Shown piece by piece: positions 25,762 to 39,300 of a stretch of DNA of 64,000 nt. Origin of the DNA: Eledone cirrhosa (Eukaryota); contig OZ024743.1 in the NCBI GenBank assembly GCA_964016885.1, forward strand, positions 135,842,001 to 135,906,000, written 5' to 3'. The notes under the pieces were generated by a model. The model made no database searches, was not told the DNA's origin, and was given only the letters and a program-made list of their open reading frames with translations. The position numbers were made by a program, and so were the translations under genes. The number at the start of each line of letters is the position of its first letter. Position 1 is the stretch's first letter.

Positions 25762-28700
25762 ATGCATGGTGATTTGTGCTTGGTGTTTGGTGCTTGGTGT
25801 TTGGTGTTTGATGCTTGGTGCTTGGTGCTTGGTGTTTGGTGCTTGGTGTTTGGTGTTTGGTGCTTGGTCATTGGTGTTTCTACTTGGTGCTTGGTGCTTG
25901 GTTCTTGGTGTTTGGTGCTTGGTGCTTGGTGTTTGGTGTTATATGCTTGGTGTTTGATGCTTGGTGCTTGGTGCTTGGTGTTTGGTGTTTGGTGTTTGAT
26001 GCTTGGTGCTTGGTGTTTGGTGCTTGGTGCTTGCTGTTTGTACTTGGTGCTTGGTGCTTGGTGCTTGGTGTTTGGTGCTTGGTATTTGGTGCTTGGTGCT
26101 TGGTGCTTGGTCCTTGGTGCTTGGTGTTTGGTGGTTGGTGTTTGGTGGTTGGTGTTAGGTGTTTGGTGCTTGGTGCTTGGTGTTTGGTGTTTGGTGCTTG
26201 GTGTTTGGTGTTTGGTGCTTGGTGTTTGGTGCTTGGTACTTGGTGCTTGGTGCTTGGTGTTAGGTGTTTGGTGCTTGGTGTTTGGTGCTTGGTGTTTGGT
26301 GCTTGGTGCTTGGTGCTTGGTGCTTGGTGTTTGGTGGTTGGTGTTTGGTGCTTGGTGTTTGGTGCTTGGTGTTACGTGTTTGGTGCTTGGTGCTTGGTGT
26401 TGGGTGTTTGGTGCTTGGTGTTTGGTGTTTGGTGCTTGGTGTTTGGTGCTTTTTGCTTGGCGCTTGGTGCTTGGTGTTTGGTGCTGGGTGCTTGGTGCTT
26501 GGTGTTTGGTGTTATATGCTTGGTGTTTGATGCTTGGTGCTTGGTGCTTGGTGTTTGGTGTTTGGTGCTTGGTGTTTGATGCATGGTGCTTGGTGCTTGG
26601 TGTTTGGTGCTTGGTGCTTGGTGTTTGGTGCTTGGTGCTTGGTGTTTGGTGCTTGGTGTTTGGTGCTTGGTGTTTGGTGCTTGGTGCTTGGTGCTTGGTG
26701 CTTGGTGTTTGGTGTTTGGTGCTTGGTGTTTGGTGCTTGGTACTTGGTGCTTGGTGCTTGGTGTTAGGTGTTTGGTGCTTGGTGCTTGGTGTCTGGTTTT
26801 TGGTGCTTGGTGCTTGGTGTTTGGTGCTTGCTGCTGGCTGCTTGGTGTTTGGTGCTTGGTGATTGGTGCTTGGTGTTTGGTGTTTGGTGCTAGGTGCTTG
26901 GTGTTTGGTGCTTGGTGCTTGGTGTTTGTACTTGGTGCTTGGTGCTTGGTTCTTGGTGTTTGGTGCTTCGTGCTTGGTGTTTGTACTTGGTGCTTGGTGA
27001 TTGGTGTTTGGTTCTTGGTTCTTGGTGTTTGGTGTTTGGCGTTTGGTGTTTGGTGCTTGGTGCTTGGTGTTTGGTGCTTGGTGCTTGGCGTTTGGTGCCT
27101 GGTGCTTGGTGCTTGGTGTTTGGTGTTTGGTGCTTGGTGCTTGGTGCTTGGAGTTTGGTGTTTGGTGCTTGGTGCTTTGTGTTTTGTGTTTGGTGTTTGG
27201 TTTTTGGTGCTTGGTGCTTGGTCCTTGGTGTTTGGTGCTGGGTGCTTTGTGTTTGGTGCTTGGTGCTTGGTGTTTGGTGTTTGCTGCTTGGTGTTTGATG
27301 CTTGGTGCTTGGTGCTTGGTGTTTTGTGTTTGGTGCTTGGTTCTTGGTGTTTGGTGCTTGGTGCTTGGTACTTGGTGTTTGTACTTGGTGCTTGGTGCTT
27401 GGTGTTTGGTTCTTGGTTCTTGGTGTTTGGTACTTGGTGCTTGGTGCTTGATGTTTGGTGTTTGGTGCTTGGTGTTTGGTGTTTGGTGCTTGGTGTTTGG
27501 TGTTTGGTGTTATATGCTTGGTGTTTGATGCTTGGTGCTTGGTGCTTGGTGTTTGGCGCTTGGTGTTTGATGCTTGGTGCTTGGTGCTTGGTGTTTGGTG
27601 CTTGGTGCTTGGTGTTTGTACTTGGTGCTTGGTGCTTGGTTCTTGGTGTTTGGTGCTTGGTGCTTGGTGTTTGGTGCTTGGTGCTTGGTGTTTGGTGCTT
27701 GGTGTTTGGTGCTTGGTGTTTGGTGCTTGGTGCTTGGTGCTTAGTGCTTGGTGTTTGGTGCTTGGTGTTAGGTGTTTGGTGCTTGGTGCTTGGTGTTTGG
27801 TGTTTGGTGCTTGGTGTTTGGTGCTTGGTGTTTGGTGTTAGGTGTTTGGTGCTTGGTGTTTGGTGTTTGGTGCTTGGTGTTTGGTGCTTGGTGTTTGGTG
27901 CTTGGTGTTTGGTGCTTGGTACTTGGTGCTTGGTGCTTCGTGTTAGGTGTTTGGTGCTTGGTGCTTGGTGTTTGGTGTTTGGTTTTTGGTGCTTGGTGTT
28001 TGGTGTTTGGTGTTTGGTGCTTGCTGCTGGCTGCTTGGTGTTTGATGCATGGTGATTTGTGCTTGGTGTTTGGTCCTTGGTGTTTGGTGTTTGATGCTTG
28101 GTGCTTGGTGTTTGGTGTTTGATGCTTGGTGCTTGGTGCTTGGTGTTTGGTGCTTGGTGTTTGGTGTTTGGTGCTTGGTCATTGGTGTTTCTACTTGGTG
28201 CTTGGTGCTTGGTTCTTGGTGTTTGGTGCTTGGTGCTTGGTGTTTGGTGTTATATGCTTGGTGTTTGATGCTTGGTGCTTGGTGCTTGGTGTTTGGTGTT
28301 TGGTGTTTGATGCTTGGTGCTTGGTGTTTGGTGCTTGGTGCTTGGTGTTTGTACTTGGTGCTTGGTGCTTGGTGCTTGGTGTTTGGTGCTTGGTATTTGG
28401 TGCTTGGTGCTTGGTGCTTGGTCCTTGGTGCTTGGTGTTTGGTGGTTGGTGTTTGGTGGTTGGTGTTAGGTGTTTGGTGCTTGGTGCTTGGTGTTTGGTG
28501 TTTGGTGCTTGGTGTTTGGTGTTTGGTGCTTGGTGTTTGGTGCTTGGTACTTGGTGCTTGGTGCTTGGTGTTAGGTGTTTGGTGCTTGGTGTTTGGTGCT
28601 TGGTGTTTGGTGCTTGGTGCTTGGTGCTTGGTGCTTGGTGTTTGGTGGTTGGTGTTTGGTGCTTGGTGTTTGGTGCTTGGTGTTACGTGTTTGGTGCTTG

Positions 28701-29790
28701 GTGCTTGGTGTTTGGTGTTTGGTGCTTGGTGTTTGGTGTTTGGTGCTTGGTGTTTGGTGCTTTTTGCTTGGTGCTTGGTGCTTGATGTTTGGTGCTGGGT
28801 GCTTGGTGCTTGGTGTTTGGTGTTATATGCTTGGTGTTTGATGCTTGGTGCTTGGTGCTTGGTGTTTGGTGTTTGGTGCTTGGTGTTTGATGCATGGTGC
28901 TTGGTGCTTGGTGTTTGGTGCTTGGTGCTTGGTGTTTGGTGCTTGGTGCTTGGTGTTTGGTGCTTGGTGTTTGGTGCTTGGTGTTTGGTGCTTGGTGCTT
29001 GGTGCTTGGTGCTTGGTGTTTGGTGTTTGGTGCTTGGTGTTTGGTGCTTGGTACTTGGTGCTTGGTGCTTGGTGTTAGGTGTTTGGTGCTTGGTGCTTGG
29101 TGTCTGGTTTTTGGTGCTTGGTGCTTGGTGTTTGGTGCTTGCTGCTGGCTGCTTGGTGTTTGGTGCTTGGTGATTGGTGCTTGGTGTTTGGTGTTTGGTG
29201 CTAGGTGCTTGGTGTTTGGTGCTTGGTGCTTGGTGTTTGTACTTGGTGCTTGGTGCTTGGTTCTTGGTGTTTGGTGCTTCGTGCTTGGTGTTTGTACTTG
29301 GTGCTTGGTGATTGGTGTTTGGTTCTTGGTTCTTGGTGTTTGGTGTTTGGCGTTTGGTGTTTGGTGCTTGGTGCTTGGTGTTTGGTGCTTGGTGCTTGGC
29401 GTTTGGTGCCTGGTGCTTGGTGCTTGGTGTTTGGTGTTTGGTGCTTGGTGCTTGGTGCTTGGAGTTTGGTGTTTGGTGCTTGGTGCTTTGTGTTTTGTGT
29501 TTGGTGTTTGGTTTTTGGTGCTTGGTGCTTGGTCCTTGGTGTTTGGTGCTGGGTGCTTTGTGTTTGGTGCTTGGTGCTTGGTGTTTGGTGTTTGCTGCTT
29601 GGTGTTTGATGCTTGGTGCTTGGTGCTTGGTGTTTTGTGTTTGGTGCTTGGTTCTTGGTGTTTGGTGCTTGGTGCTTGGTACTTGGTGTTTGTACTTGGT
29701 GCTTGGTGCTTGGTGTTTGGTTCTTGGTTCTTGGTGTTTGGTACTTGGTGCTTGGTGCTTGATGTTTGGTGTTTGGTGCTTGGTGTTTGG
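25200..29790. repeat. Tandem duplication of a ~2.3-kb higher-order unit (offset 2283 then 2311), junction near 27480
   Basis: TATATGC at ~25229 and ~27512 and ORF starts 25489/27772 give 2283. Pairs 26264/28575, 26534/28845, 26894/29205 and 27001/29312 give 2311. Confidence 0.88.
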
Positions 29791-30399
29791 TGCTTGGTGC
29801 TTGGTGCTTGGTGTTAGGTGTTTGGTGCTTGGTCCTTGGTGTTTGTTGCTTGGTGTTTGGTGTTTGCTGTTTGGTGTTTGGTGTTTCGTGTTTGGTGTTT
29901 GCTGTTTGGTGTCTGCTTTTTGGTGTTTAGTGTTTGCTGTATGGTGTTTGGTGTTTGCTGTTTGGTGTTTGGTCTTTGGTGCTTGGTGTTTGGTGCTTGG
30001 TGCTTGGTGTTTGGTGTTTGGTGCATGGTGCTTGGTGTTTGGTGTTCGGTGCTTGGTGTTTGGTGTTTGGTGCTTGGTGTCTGGTGCTTGGTGTTTGGTT
30101 TTTGGTGCTTGGTGTTTGGTGTTTGGTGCTTGGTGTTTGGTGTTTGGTGTTTGGTGCTTGGTGCTTGGTGTTTGGTGTTTGGTGTTTGGTGCTTGGTGTC
30201 TGGTGCTTGGTGTTTGGTGTTTGGTGCTTGGTGTTTGGTGCTTGGTGCTTGGTGTTTGGTGCTTGGTGCTGGGTGGTTGGTGTTTGGTGCTTGGTGTTTG
30301 GTGCTGGGTGCTTGGTGTTTGGTGCTGGGTGCTTGGTATTTGGTGCTTGGTGCTTGGTCTTTGGTGCTTGGTGTTTGTTGTTTGGTGCTTGGTCATTGG

Positions 30400-33300
30400 T
30401 GTTTCTACTTTGTGCTTGGTGCTTGGTTCTTGGTGTTTGGTGCTTGGTGCTTGGTGTTTGGTGTTATATGCTTGGTGTTTGATGCTTGGTGCTTGGTGCT
30501 TGGTGTTTGGTGTTTGGTGTTTGATGCTTGGTGTTTGGTGTTTGGTGCTTGGTGCTTGGTGTTTGTACTTGGTGCTTGGTGCTTGGTGCTTGGTGTTTGG
30601 TGCTTGGTATTTGGTGCTTGGTGCTTGGTGCTTGGTCCTTGGTGCTTGGTGTTTGGTGGTTGGTGTTTGGTGGTTGGTGTTAGGTGTTTGGTGCTTGGTG
30701 CTTGGTGTTTGGTGTTTGGTGCTTGGTGTTTGGTGTTTGGTGCTTGGTGGTTGGTGTTTGGTGCTTGGTGCTTGGTGCTTGGTGTTAGGTGTTTGGTGCT
30801 TGGTGTTTGGTGCTTGGTGTTTGGTGCTTGGTGCTTGGTGCTTGGTGCTTGGTGTTTGGTGGTTGGTGTTTGGTGCTTGGTGTTTGGTGCTTGGTGTTAC
30901 GTGTTTGGTGCTTGGTGCTTGGTGTTTGGTGTTTGGTGCTTGGTGTTTGGTGTTTGGTGCTTGGTGTTTGGTGCTTTTTGCTTGGTGCTTGGTGCTTGGT
31001 GTTTGGTGCTGGGTGCTTGGTGCTTGGTGTTTGGTGTTATATGCTTGGTGTTTGATGCTTGGTGCTTGGTGCTTGGTGTTTGGTGTTTGGTGCTTGGTGC
31101 TTGGTGTTTGGTGCTTGGTGTTTGGTGCTTGGTGTTTGGTGCTTGGTGCTTGGTGCTTGGTGCTTGGTGTTTGGTGTTTGGTGCTTGGTGTTTGGTGCTT
31201 GGTGTTTGGTGCTTGGTGATTGGTGCTTGGTGTTTGGTGTTTGGTGCTAGGTGCTTGGTGTTTGGTGCTTGGTGCTTGGTGTTTGTACTTGGTGCTTGGT
31301 GCTTGGTTCTTGGTGTTTGGTGCTTCGTGCTTGGTGTTTGGTGCTTGGTGCTTGGTGTTTGGTGCTTGGTGTTTGGTGCTTGGTGTTTGGTGCTTGGTGC
31401 TTGGTGCTTGGTGTTTGGTGCTTGGTGTTTGGTGCTTGGTGTTAGGTGTTTGGTGCTTGGTGCTTGGTGTTTGGTGTTTGGTGCTTGGTGTTTGGTGTTT
31501 GGTGTTATATGCTTGGTGTTTGATGCTTGGTGCTTGCTGCTTGGTGTTTGGCGCTTGGTGTTTGATGCTTGGTGCTTGGTGCTTGGTGTTTGGTGCTTGG
31601 TGCTTGGTGTTTGTACTTGGTGCTTGGTGCTTGGTTCTTGGTGTTTGGTGCCTGGTGTTTGGTGTTTGGTGCTTGGTGTTTGGTGTTTGGTGTTATATGC
31701 TTGGTGTTTGATGCTTGGTGCTTGGTGCTTGGTGTTTGGTGCTTGGTGTTTGATGCTTGGTGCTTGGTGCTTGGTGTTTGGTGCTTGGTGCTTGGTGTTT
31801 GTACTTGGTGCTTGGTGCTTGGTTCTTGGAGTTTGGTGCTTGGTGCTTGGTGTTTGGTGCTTGGTGCTTGGTGTTTGGTGCTTGGTGTTTGGTGCTTGGT
31901 GTTTGGTGCTTGGTGCTTGGTGCATAGTGCTTGGTGTTTGGTGCTTGGTGTTAGGTGTTTGGTGCTTGGTGCTTGGTGTTTGGTGTTTGGTGCTTGGTGT
32001 TTGGTGCTTGGTGTTTGGTGTTAGGTGTTTGGTGCTTGGTGTTTGGTGTTTGGTGCTTGGTGTTTGGTGCTTGGTGTTTGGTGCTTGGTGTTTGGTGCTT
32101 GGTACTTGGTGCTTGGTGCTTCGTGTTAGGTGTTTGGTGCTTGGTGCTTGGTGTTTGGTTTTTGGTGCTTGGTGCTTGGTGTTTGGTGTTTGGTGCTTGC
32201 TGCTGGCTGCTTGGTGTTTGATGCTTGGTGATTGGTGCTTGGTGTTTTGTGCTTGGTGTTTGGTGTTTTGTGCTAGGTGCTTGGTGTTTGGTGCTTGGTG
32301 CTTGGTGCTTGGTGTTTGGTGTTTGGTTTTAGGTGCTTGGTGCTTGGTGTTTGGTGCTTGGTGCTGGGTGGTTGGTGTTTAGTGCTTGGTGTTTGGTGCT
32401 GGGTGCTTGGTGTTTGGTGCTTGGTGCTTGGTCTTTGGTGCTTGGTGTTTGGTGTTTGGTGCTTGGTGCTTGGTGCTTGGTGTTTGGTGCTTGGTGCTTG
32501 GTGTTTGGTGCTTGGTGCTTAGTGTTTGGTGCTTGGTGCTTAGTGTTTGGTGTTTGGTGCTTGGTGCTTGGTGTTTAGTGCTTAGTGTTTGGTGCTTGGT
32601 GCTTGGTGTTTGGTGTTTGCTGTTTGCTCTTTGGTGTTTGTTGTTTGGTGTTTGTTGTTTGGTGTTTGCTGTTTGGTGTTTGGTGTTTGCTTTTTGGTGT
32701 TTGGTGTTTGCTGTATGTTGTTTGGTGTTTGGTGTTTGGTGTTTGGTGTTTGGTGCTTGTTGCTTAGTGTTTGGTGCTTGGTGCTTGGTGTTTGGTGCCT
32801 GGTGCTTGGTGCTTGGTGCTTGGTGTTTGGTGTTTGGTGCTTGGTGCTTGGAGTTTGGTGTTTGGTGCTTGGTGCTTGGTGTTTCGTGTTTCGTGTTTGG
32901 TTTTTGGTGCTTGGTGCTTGGTGCTTGGTCCTTGGTGTTTGGTGCTGGGTGCATTGTGTTTGGTGCTTGGTGCTTGGTGTTTGGTGCTTGGTGCTTGGTG
33001 TTTGGTGCCTGGTGCTTGGTGCTTGGTGCTTGGTGTTTGGTGTTTGGTGCTTGGTGCTTGGTGCTTGGAGTTTGTTGTTTGGTGCTTGGTGCTTTGTGTT
33101 TTGTGTTTGGTGTTTGGTTTTTGGTGCTTGGTGCTTGGTCATTGGTGTTTGGTGCTGGGTGCTTTGTGTTTTGTGCTTGGTGCATGGTGTTTGGTGTTTG
33201 CTGCTTGGTGTTTGATGCTTGGTGCTTGGTGCTTGGTGTTTTGTGTTTGGTGCTTGGTTCTTGGTGTTTGGTGCTTGGTGCTTGGTACTTCGTGTTTGTA

Positions 33301-36300
33301 CTTGGTGCTTGGTGCTTGGTGTTTGGTTCTTGGTTCTTGGTGTTTGGTACTTGGTGCTTGGTGCTTGATGTTTGGTGTTTGGTGCTTGGTGTTTGGTGCT
33401 TGGTACTTGGTGCTTGGTGCTTGGGGTTAGGTGTTTGGTGCTTGGTGCTTGGTGTTTGGTTTTTGGTGCTTGGTGCTTGGTGTTTGGTGTTTGGTGCTTG
33501 CTGCTGGCTGCTTGGTGTTTGATGCTTGGTGATTGGTGCTTGGTGTTTTGTGCTTGGTGTCTGGTGTTTGGTGCTAGGTGCTTGGTGTTTGGTGCTTGGT
33601 GCTTGGTGCTTGGTGTTTGGTGTTTGGTGTTAGGTGCTTCATGCTTGGTGTTTGGTGCTTGGTGCTGAGTGGTTGGTGTTTAGTGCTTGGTGTTTGGTGC
33701 TGGGTGCTTGGTGTTTGGTGCTTGGTGCTTGGTCTTTGGTGCTTGGTGTTTGGTGTTTGGTGCTTGGTGCTTGGTGCTTGGTGTTTGGTGCTTGGTGCTT
33801 GGTGTTTGGTGCTTGGTGCTTAGTGTTTGGTGCTTGGTGCTTAGTGTTTGGTGCTAGGTGCTTGGTGTTTGGTGCTTGGTGCTTGGTGTTTGGTGCCTGG
33901 TGCTTGGTGTTTGGTGTTTGGTGTTTGGTGCTTGGTGCTTGGTGTTTGGTGTTTGCTGTTTGCTGTTTGGTGTTTGTTGTTTGGTGTTTGTTGTTTGGTG
34001 TTTGCTGTTTGGTGTTTGGTGTTTGCTTTTTGGTGTTTGGTGTTTGCTGTATGTTGTTTGCTGTTTGGTGTTTGGTGTTTGGTGTTTGGTGCTTGGTGCT
34101 TGCTGCTGGCTGCTTGGTGCTTGGTGTTTGGTGCCTGGTGCTTGGTGCTTGGTGCTTGGTGTTTGGTGTTTGGTGCTTGGTGCTTGGAGTTTGGTGTTTG
34201 GTGCTTGGTGCTTGGTATTTCGTGTTTCCTGTTTGGTTTTTGGTGCTTGGTGCTTGGTGCTTGGTCCTTGGTGTTTGGTGCTGGGTGCTTGGTGTTTGGT
34301 GCTTGGTGCTTGGTCTTTGGTGCTTTGTGTTTGGTGCTTGGTGCTTGGTGTTTGGTGCTTGGTGCTTGGTGTTTGGTGCTTGGTGCTTGGTGCTTGGTGT
34401 TTGGTTTTTGGTGCTTGGTGTTTGGTGTTTGGTGTTTGGTGCTTGCTGCTGGCTGCTTGGTGTTTGATGCATGGTGATTTGTGCTTGGTGTTTGGTGCTT
34501 GGTGTTTGGTGTTTGATGCTTGGTGCTTGGTGTTTGGTGTTTGATGCTTGGTGCTTGGTGCTTGGTGCTTGGTGCTTGGTGTTTGTTGTTTGGTGTTTGC
34601 TGTTTGGTGTTTGGTGTTTGCTTTTTGGTGTTTGGTGTTTGCTGTATGTTGTTTGGTGTTTGGTGTTTGGTGTTTGGTGTTTGGTGCTTGTTGCTTGGTG
34701 TTTGGTGCTTGGTGCTTGGTGTTTGTTGCCTGGTGCTTGGTGCTTGGTGTTTGGTGTTTGGTGTTTGGTGCTAGGTGCTTGGTGTTTGGTGTTTGCTGTT
34801 TGCTGTTTGGTGTTTGTTGTTTGGTGTTTGTTGTTTGGTGTTTGCTGTTTGCTGTTTGGTGTTTGCTTTTTGGTGTTTGGTGTTTGCTGTATGTTGTTTG
34901 CTGTTTGGTGTTTGGTGTTTGGTGTTTGGTGCTTGGTGCTTGCTGCTGGCTGCTTGGTGCTTGGTGTTTGGTGCCTGGTGCTTGGTGCTTGGTGCTTGGT
35001 GTTTGGTGTTTGGTGCTTGGTGCTTGGAGTTTGGTGTTTGGTGCTTGGTGCTTGGTATTTCGTGTTTCGTGTTTGGTTTTTGGTGCTTGGTGCTTGGTGC
35101 TTGGTCCTTGGTGTTTGGTGCTGGGTGCTTGGTGTTTGGTGCTTGGTGCTTGGTCTTTGGTGCTTTGTGTTTGGTGCTTGGTGCTTGGTGTTTGGTGCTT
35201 GGTGCTTGGTGTTTGGTGCTTGGTGCTTGGTGTTTGGTTTTTGGTGCTTGGTGTTTGGTGTTTGGTGTTTGGTGCTTGCTGCTGGCTGCTTGGTGTTTGA
35301 TGCATGGTGATTTGTGCTTGGTGTTTGGTGCTTGGTGTTTGGTGTTTGATGCTTGGTGCTTGGTGTTTGGTGTTTGATGCTTGGTGCTTGGTGCTTGGTG
35401 CTTGGTGCTTGGTGTTTGGTGCTTGGTGTTTGGTGTTTGGTGCTTGGTGATTCATGTTTCTACTTGGTGCTTGGTGCTTGGTTCTTGGTATTTGGTGCTT
35501 GGTGCTTGGTGTTTGGTGTTATATGCTTGGTGTTTGATGCTTGGTGCTTGGTGTTTGGTGTTTGGTGTTTGATGCTTGGTGCTTGGTGTTTGGTGCTTGG
35601 TGCTTGGTGTTTGTACTTGGTGCTTGGTGCTTGGTGCTTGGTGTTTGGTGCTTGGTATTTGGTGCTTGGTGCTTGGTGCTTGGTCCTTGGTGCTTGGTGT
35701 TTGGTGGTTGGTGTTTGGTGGTTGGTGTTAGGTGTTTGGTGCTTGGTGCTTGGTGTTTGGTGTTTGGTGCTTGGTGTTTGGTGTTTGGTGCTTGGTGTTT
35801 GGTGCTTGGTACTTGGTGCTTGGTGCTTGGTGTTAGGTGTTTGGTGCTTGGTGTTTGGTGCTTGGTGTTTGGTGCTTGGTGTTTGGTGCTTGGTGTTTGG
35901 TGGTTGGTGTTAGGTGTTTGGTGCTTGGTGCTTGGTGCTTGGTGTTAGGTGTTTGGTGCTTGGTGTTTGGTGCTTGGTGTTTGGTGCTTGGTGCTTGGTG
36001 TTTGGTGCTTGGTGTTTGGTGTTTGGTGCTTGGTCATTGGTGTTTCTACTTGGTGCTTGGTGCTTGGTTCTTGGTGTTTGGTGCTTGGTGCTTGGTGTTT
36101 GGTGTTATATGCTTGGTGTTTGATGCTTGGTGCTTGGTGCTTGGTGTTTGGTGTTTGGTGTTTGATGCTTGGTGCTTGGTGTTTGGTGCTTGGTGCTTGG
36201 TGTTTGTACTTGGTGCTTGGTGCTTGGTGCTTGGTGTTTGGTGCTTGGTATTTGGTGCTTGGTGCTTGGTGCTTGGTCCTTGGTGCTTGGTGTTTGGTGG

Positions 36301-39300
36301 TTGGTGTTTGGTGGTTGGTGTTAGGTGTTTGGTGCTTGGTGCTTGGTGTTTGGTGTTTGGTGCTTGGTGTTTGGTGTTTGGTGCTTGGTGTTTGGTGCTT
36401 GGTACTTGGTGCTTGGTGCTTGGTGTTAGGTGTTTGGTGCTTGGTGTTTGGTGCTTGGTGTTTGGTGCTTGGTGCTTGGTGCTTGGTGCTTGGTGTTTGG
36501 TGGTTGGTGTTTGGTGCTTGGTGTTTGGTGCTTGGTGTTACGTGTTTGGTGCTTGGTGCTTGGTGTTTGGTGTTTGGTGCTTGGTGTTTGGTGTTTGGTG
36601 CTTGGTGTTTGGTGGTTTTTGCTTGGTGCTTGGTGCTTGGTGTTTGGTGCTGGGTGCTTGGTGCTTGGTGTTTGGTGTTATATGCTTGGTGTTTGATGCT
36701 TGGTGCTTGGTGCTTGGTGTTTGGTGTTTGGTGCTTGGTGTTTGATGCTTGGTGCTTGGTGCTTGGTGTTTGGTGCTTGGTGCTTGGTGTTTGGTGCTTG
36801 GTGCTTGGTGTTTGGTGCTTGGTGTTTGGTGCTTGGTGTTTGGTGCTTGGTGCTTGGTGCTTGGTGCTTGGTGTTTGGTGTTTGGTGCTTGGTGTTTGGT
36901 GCTTGGTACTTGGTGCTTGGTGCTTGGTGTTAGGTGTTTGGTGCTTGGTGCTTGGTGTCTGGTTTTTGGTGCTTGGTGCTTGGTGTTTGGTGTTTGGTGC
37001 TTGCTGCTGGCTGCTTGGTGTTTGATGCTTGGTGATTGGTGCTTGGTGTTTTGTGTTTGGTGCTTGGTGCTTGGTGTTTGGTGCTTGGTGCTTGGTGTTT
37101 GGTGCTTGGTGCTTGGTGTTTGGTTTTTGGTGCTTGGTGTTTGGTGTTTGGTGTTTGGTGCTTGCTGCTGGCTGCTTGGTGTTTGATGCATGGTGATTTG
37201 TGCTTGGTGTTTGGTGCTTGGTGTTTGGTGTTTGATGCTTGGTGCTTGGTGTTTGTTGTTTGGTGTTTGCTGTTTGGTGTTTGGTGTTTGCTTTTTGGTG
37301 TTTGGTGTTTGCTGTATGTTGTTTGGTGTTTGGTGTTTGGTGTTTGGTGCTTGGTGCTTGGTGTTTGGTGTTTGCTGCTTGGTGTTTGATGCTTGGTGCT
37401 TGGTGGTTGGTGTTTTGTGTTTGGTGCTTGGTGCTTGGTGTTTGGTGCTTGGTGCTTGGTGCTTGGTGTTTGGTTCTTGGTTCTTGGTGTTTGGTGTTTG
37501 GCGTTTGGTGTTTGGTGCTTGGTGCTTGGTGTTTGGTGCTTGGTGCTTGGTGTTTGGTGCCTGGTGCTTGGTGCTTGGTGCTTGGTGTTTGGTGTTTGGT
37601 GCTTGGTGCTTGGTGCTTGGAGTTTGGTGTTTGGTGCTTGGTGCTTTGTGTTTTGTGTCTGGTGTTTGGTTTTTGGTGCTTGGTGCTTGGTCATTGGTGT
37701 TTGGTGCTGGGTGCTTTGTGTTTTGTGCTTGGTGCTTGGTGTTTGGTGTTTGCTGCTTGGTGTTTGATGCTTGCTGCTTGGTGCTTGGTGTTTTGTGTTT
37801 GGTGCTTGGTTCTTGGTGTTTGGTGCTTGGTGCTTGGTACTTGGTGTTTGTACTTGGTGCTTGGTGCTTGGTGTTTGGTTCTTGGTTCTTGGTGTTTGGT
37901 ACTTGGTGCTTGGTGCTTGATGTTTGGTGTTTGGTGCTTGGTGTTTGGTGCTTGGTACTTGGTGTTTGGTGCTTGGGGTTAGGTGTTTGGTGTTTTGTGC
38001 TTGGTGTTTAATGTTTGGTGCTAGGTGCTTGGTGTTTGGTGCTTGGTGCTTGGTGCTTGGTGCTTGGTGCTTGGTGTTTGGTGTTTGGTGCTAGGTGCTT
38101 GGTGTTTGGTGCTTGGTGCTTGGTGCTTGGTGTTTGGTGTTTGGTTTTAGGTGCTTGGTGCTTGGTGTTTGGTGCTTGGTGCTGGGTGGTTGGTGTTTAG
38201 TGCTTGGTGTTTGGTGCTGGGTGCTTGGTGTTTGGTGCTTCGTGCTTGGTCTTTGGTGCTTGGTGTTTGGTGTTTGGTGCTTGGTGCTTGGTGCTTGGTG
38301 TTTGGTGCTTGGTGCTTGGTGTTTGGTGCTTGGTGCTTAGTGTTTGGTGCTTGGTGCTTAGTGTTTGGTGTTTGGTGCTTGGTGCTTGGTGTTTAGTGCT
38401 TAGTGTTTGGTGCTTGGTGCTTGGTGTTTGGTGTTTGCTGTTTGCTGTTTGGTGTTAGTTGTTTGGTGTTTGCTGTTTGGTGTTTGGTGTTTGCTTTTTG
38501 GTGTTTGGTGTTTGCTGTATGTTGTTTGGTGTTTGGTGTTTGGTGTTTGGTGTTTGGTGCTTGTTGCTTGGTGTTTGGTGCTTGGTGCTTGATGTTTGGT
38601 GCCTGGTGCTTGGTGCTTGGTGCTTGGTGTTTAGTGTTTGGTGCTTGGTGCTTGGAGTTTGGTGTTTGGTGCTTGGTGCTTGGTGTTTCGTGTTTCGTGT
38701 TTGGTTTTTGGTGCTTGGTGCTTGGTGCTTGGTCCTTGGTGTTTGGTGCTGGGTGCATTGTGTTTGGTGCTTGGTGCTTGGTGCTTGGTGTTTGGTGTTT
38801 GCTGCTTGGTGTTTGATGCTTGGTGCTTGGTGGTTGGTGTTTTGTGTTTGGTGCTTGGTGCTTGGTGTTTGGTGCTTGGTGCTTGGTGCTTGGTGTTTGG
38901 TTCTTGGTTCTTGGTGTCTGGTGTTTGGCGTTTGGTGTTTGGTGCTTGGTGCTTGGTGTTTGGTGCTTGGTGCTTGGTGCTTGGTGTTTTGTGTTTGGTG
39001 CTTGGTTCTTGGTGTTTGGTGCTTGGTGCTTGGTACTTGGTGTTTGTACTTGGTGCTTGGTGCTTGGTGTTTGGTTCTTGGTTCTTGGTGTTTGGTACTT
39101 GGTGCTTGGTGCTTGATGTTTGGTGTTTGGTGCTTGGTGTTTGGTGCTTGTTACTTGGTGCTTGGTGTTTGGGGTTAGGTATTTGGTGCTTGGTGCTTGG
39201 TGTTTGGTTTTTGGCGCTTGGTGCTTGGTGTTTGGTGTTTGGTGCTTGCTGCTGGCTGCTTGGTGTTTGATGCTTGGTGATTGGTGCTTGGTGTTTTGTG

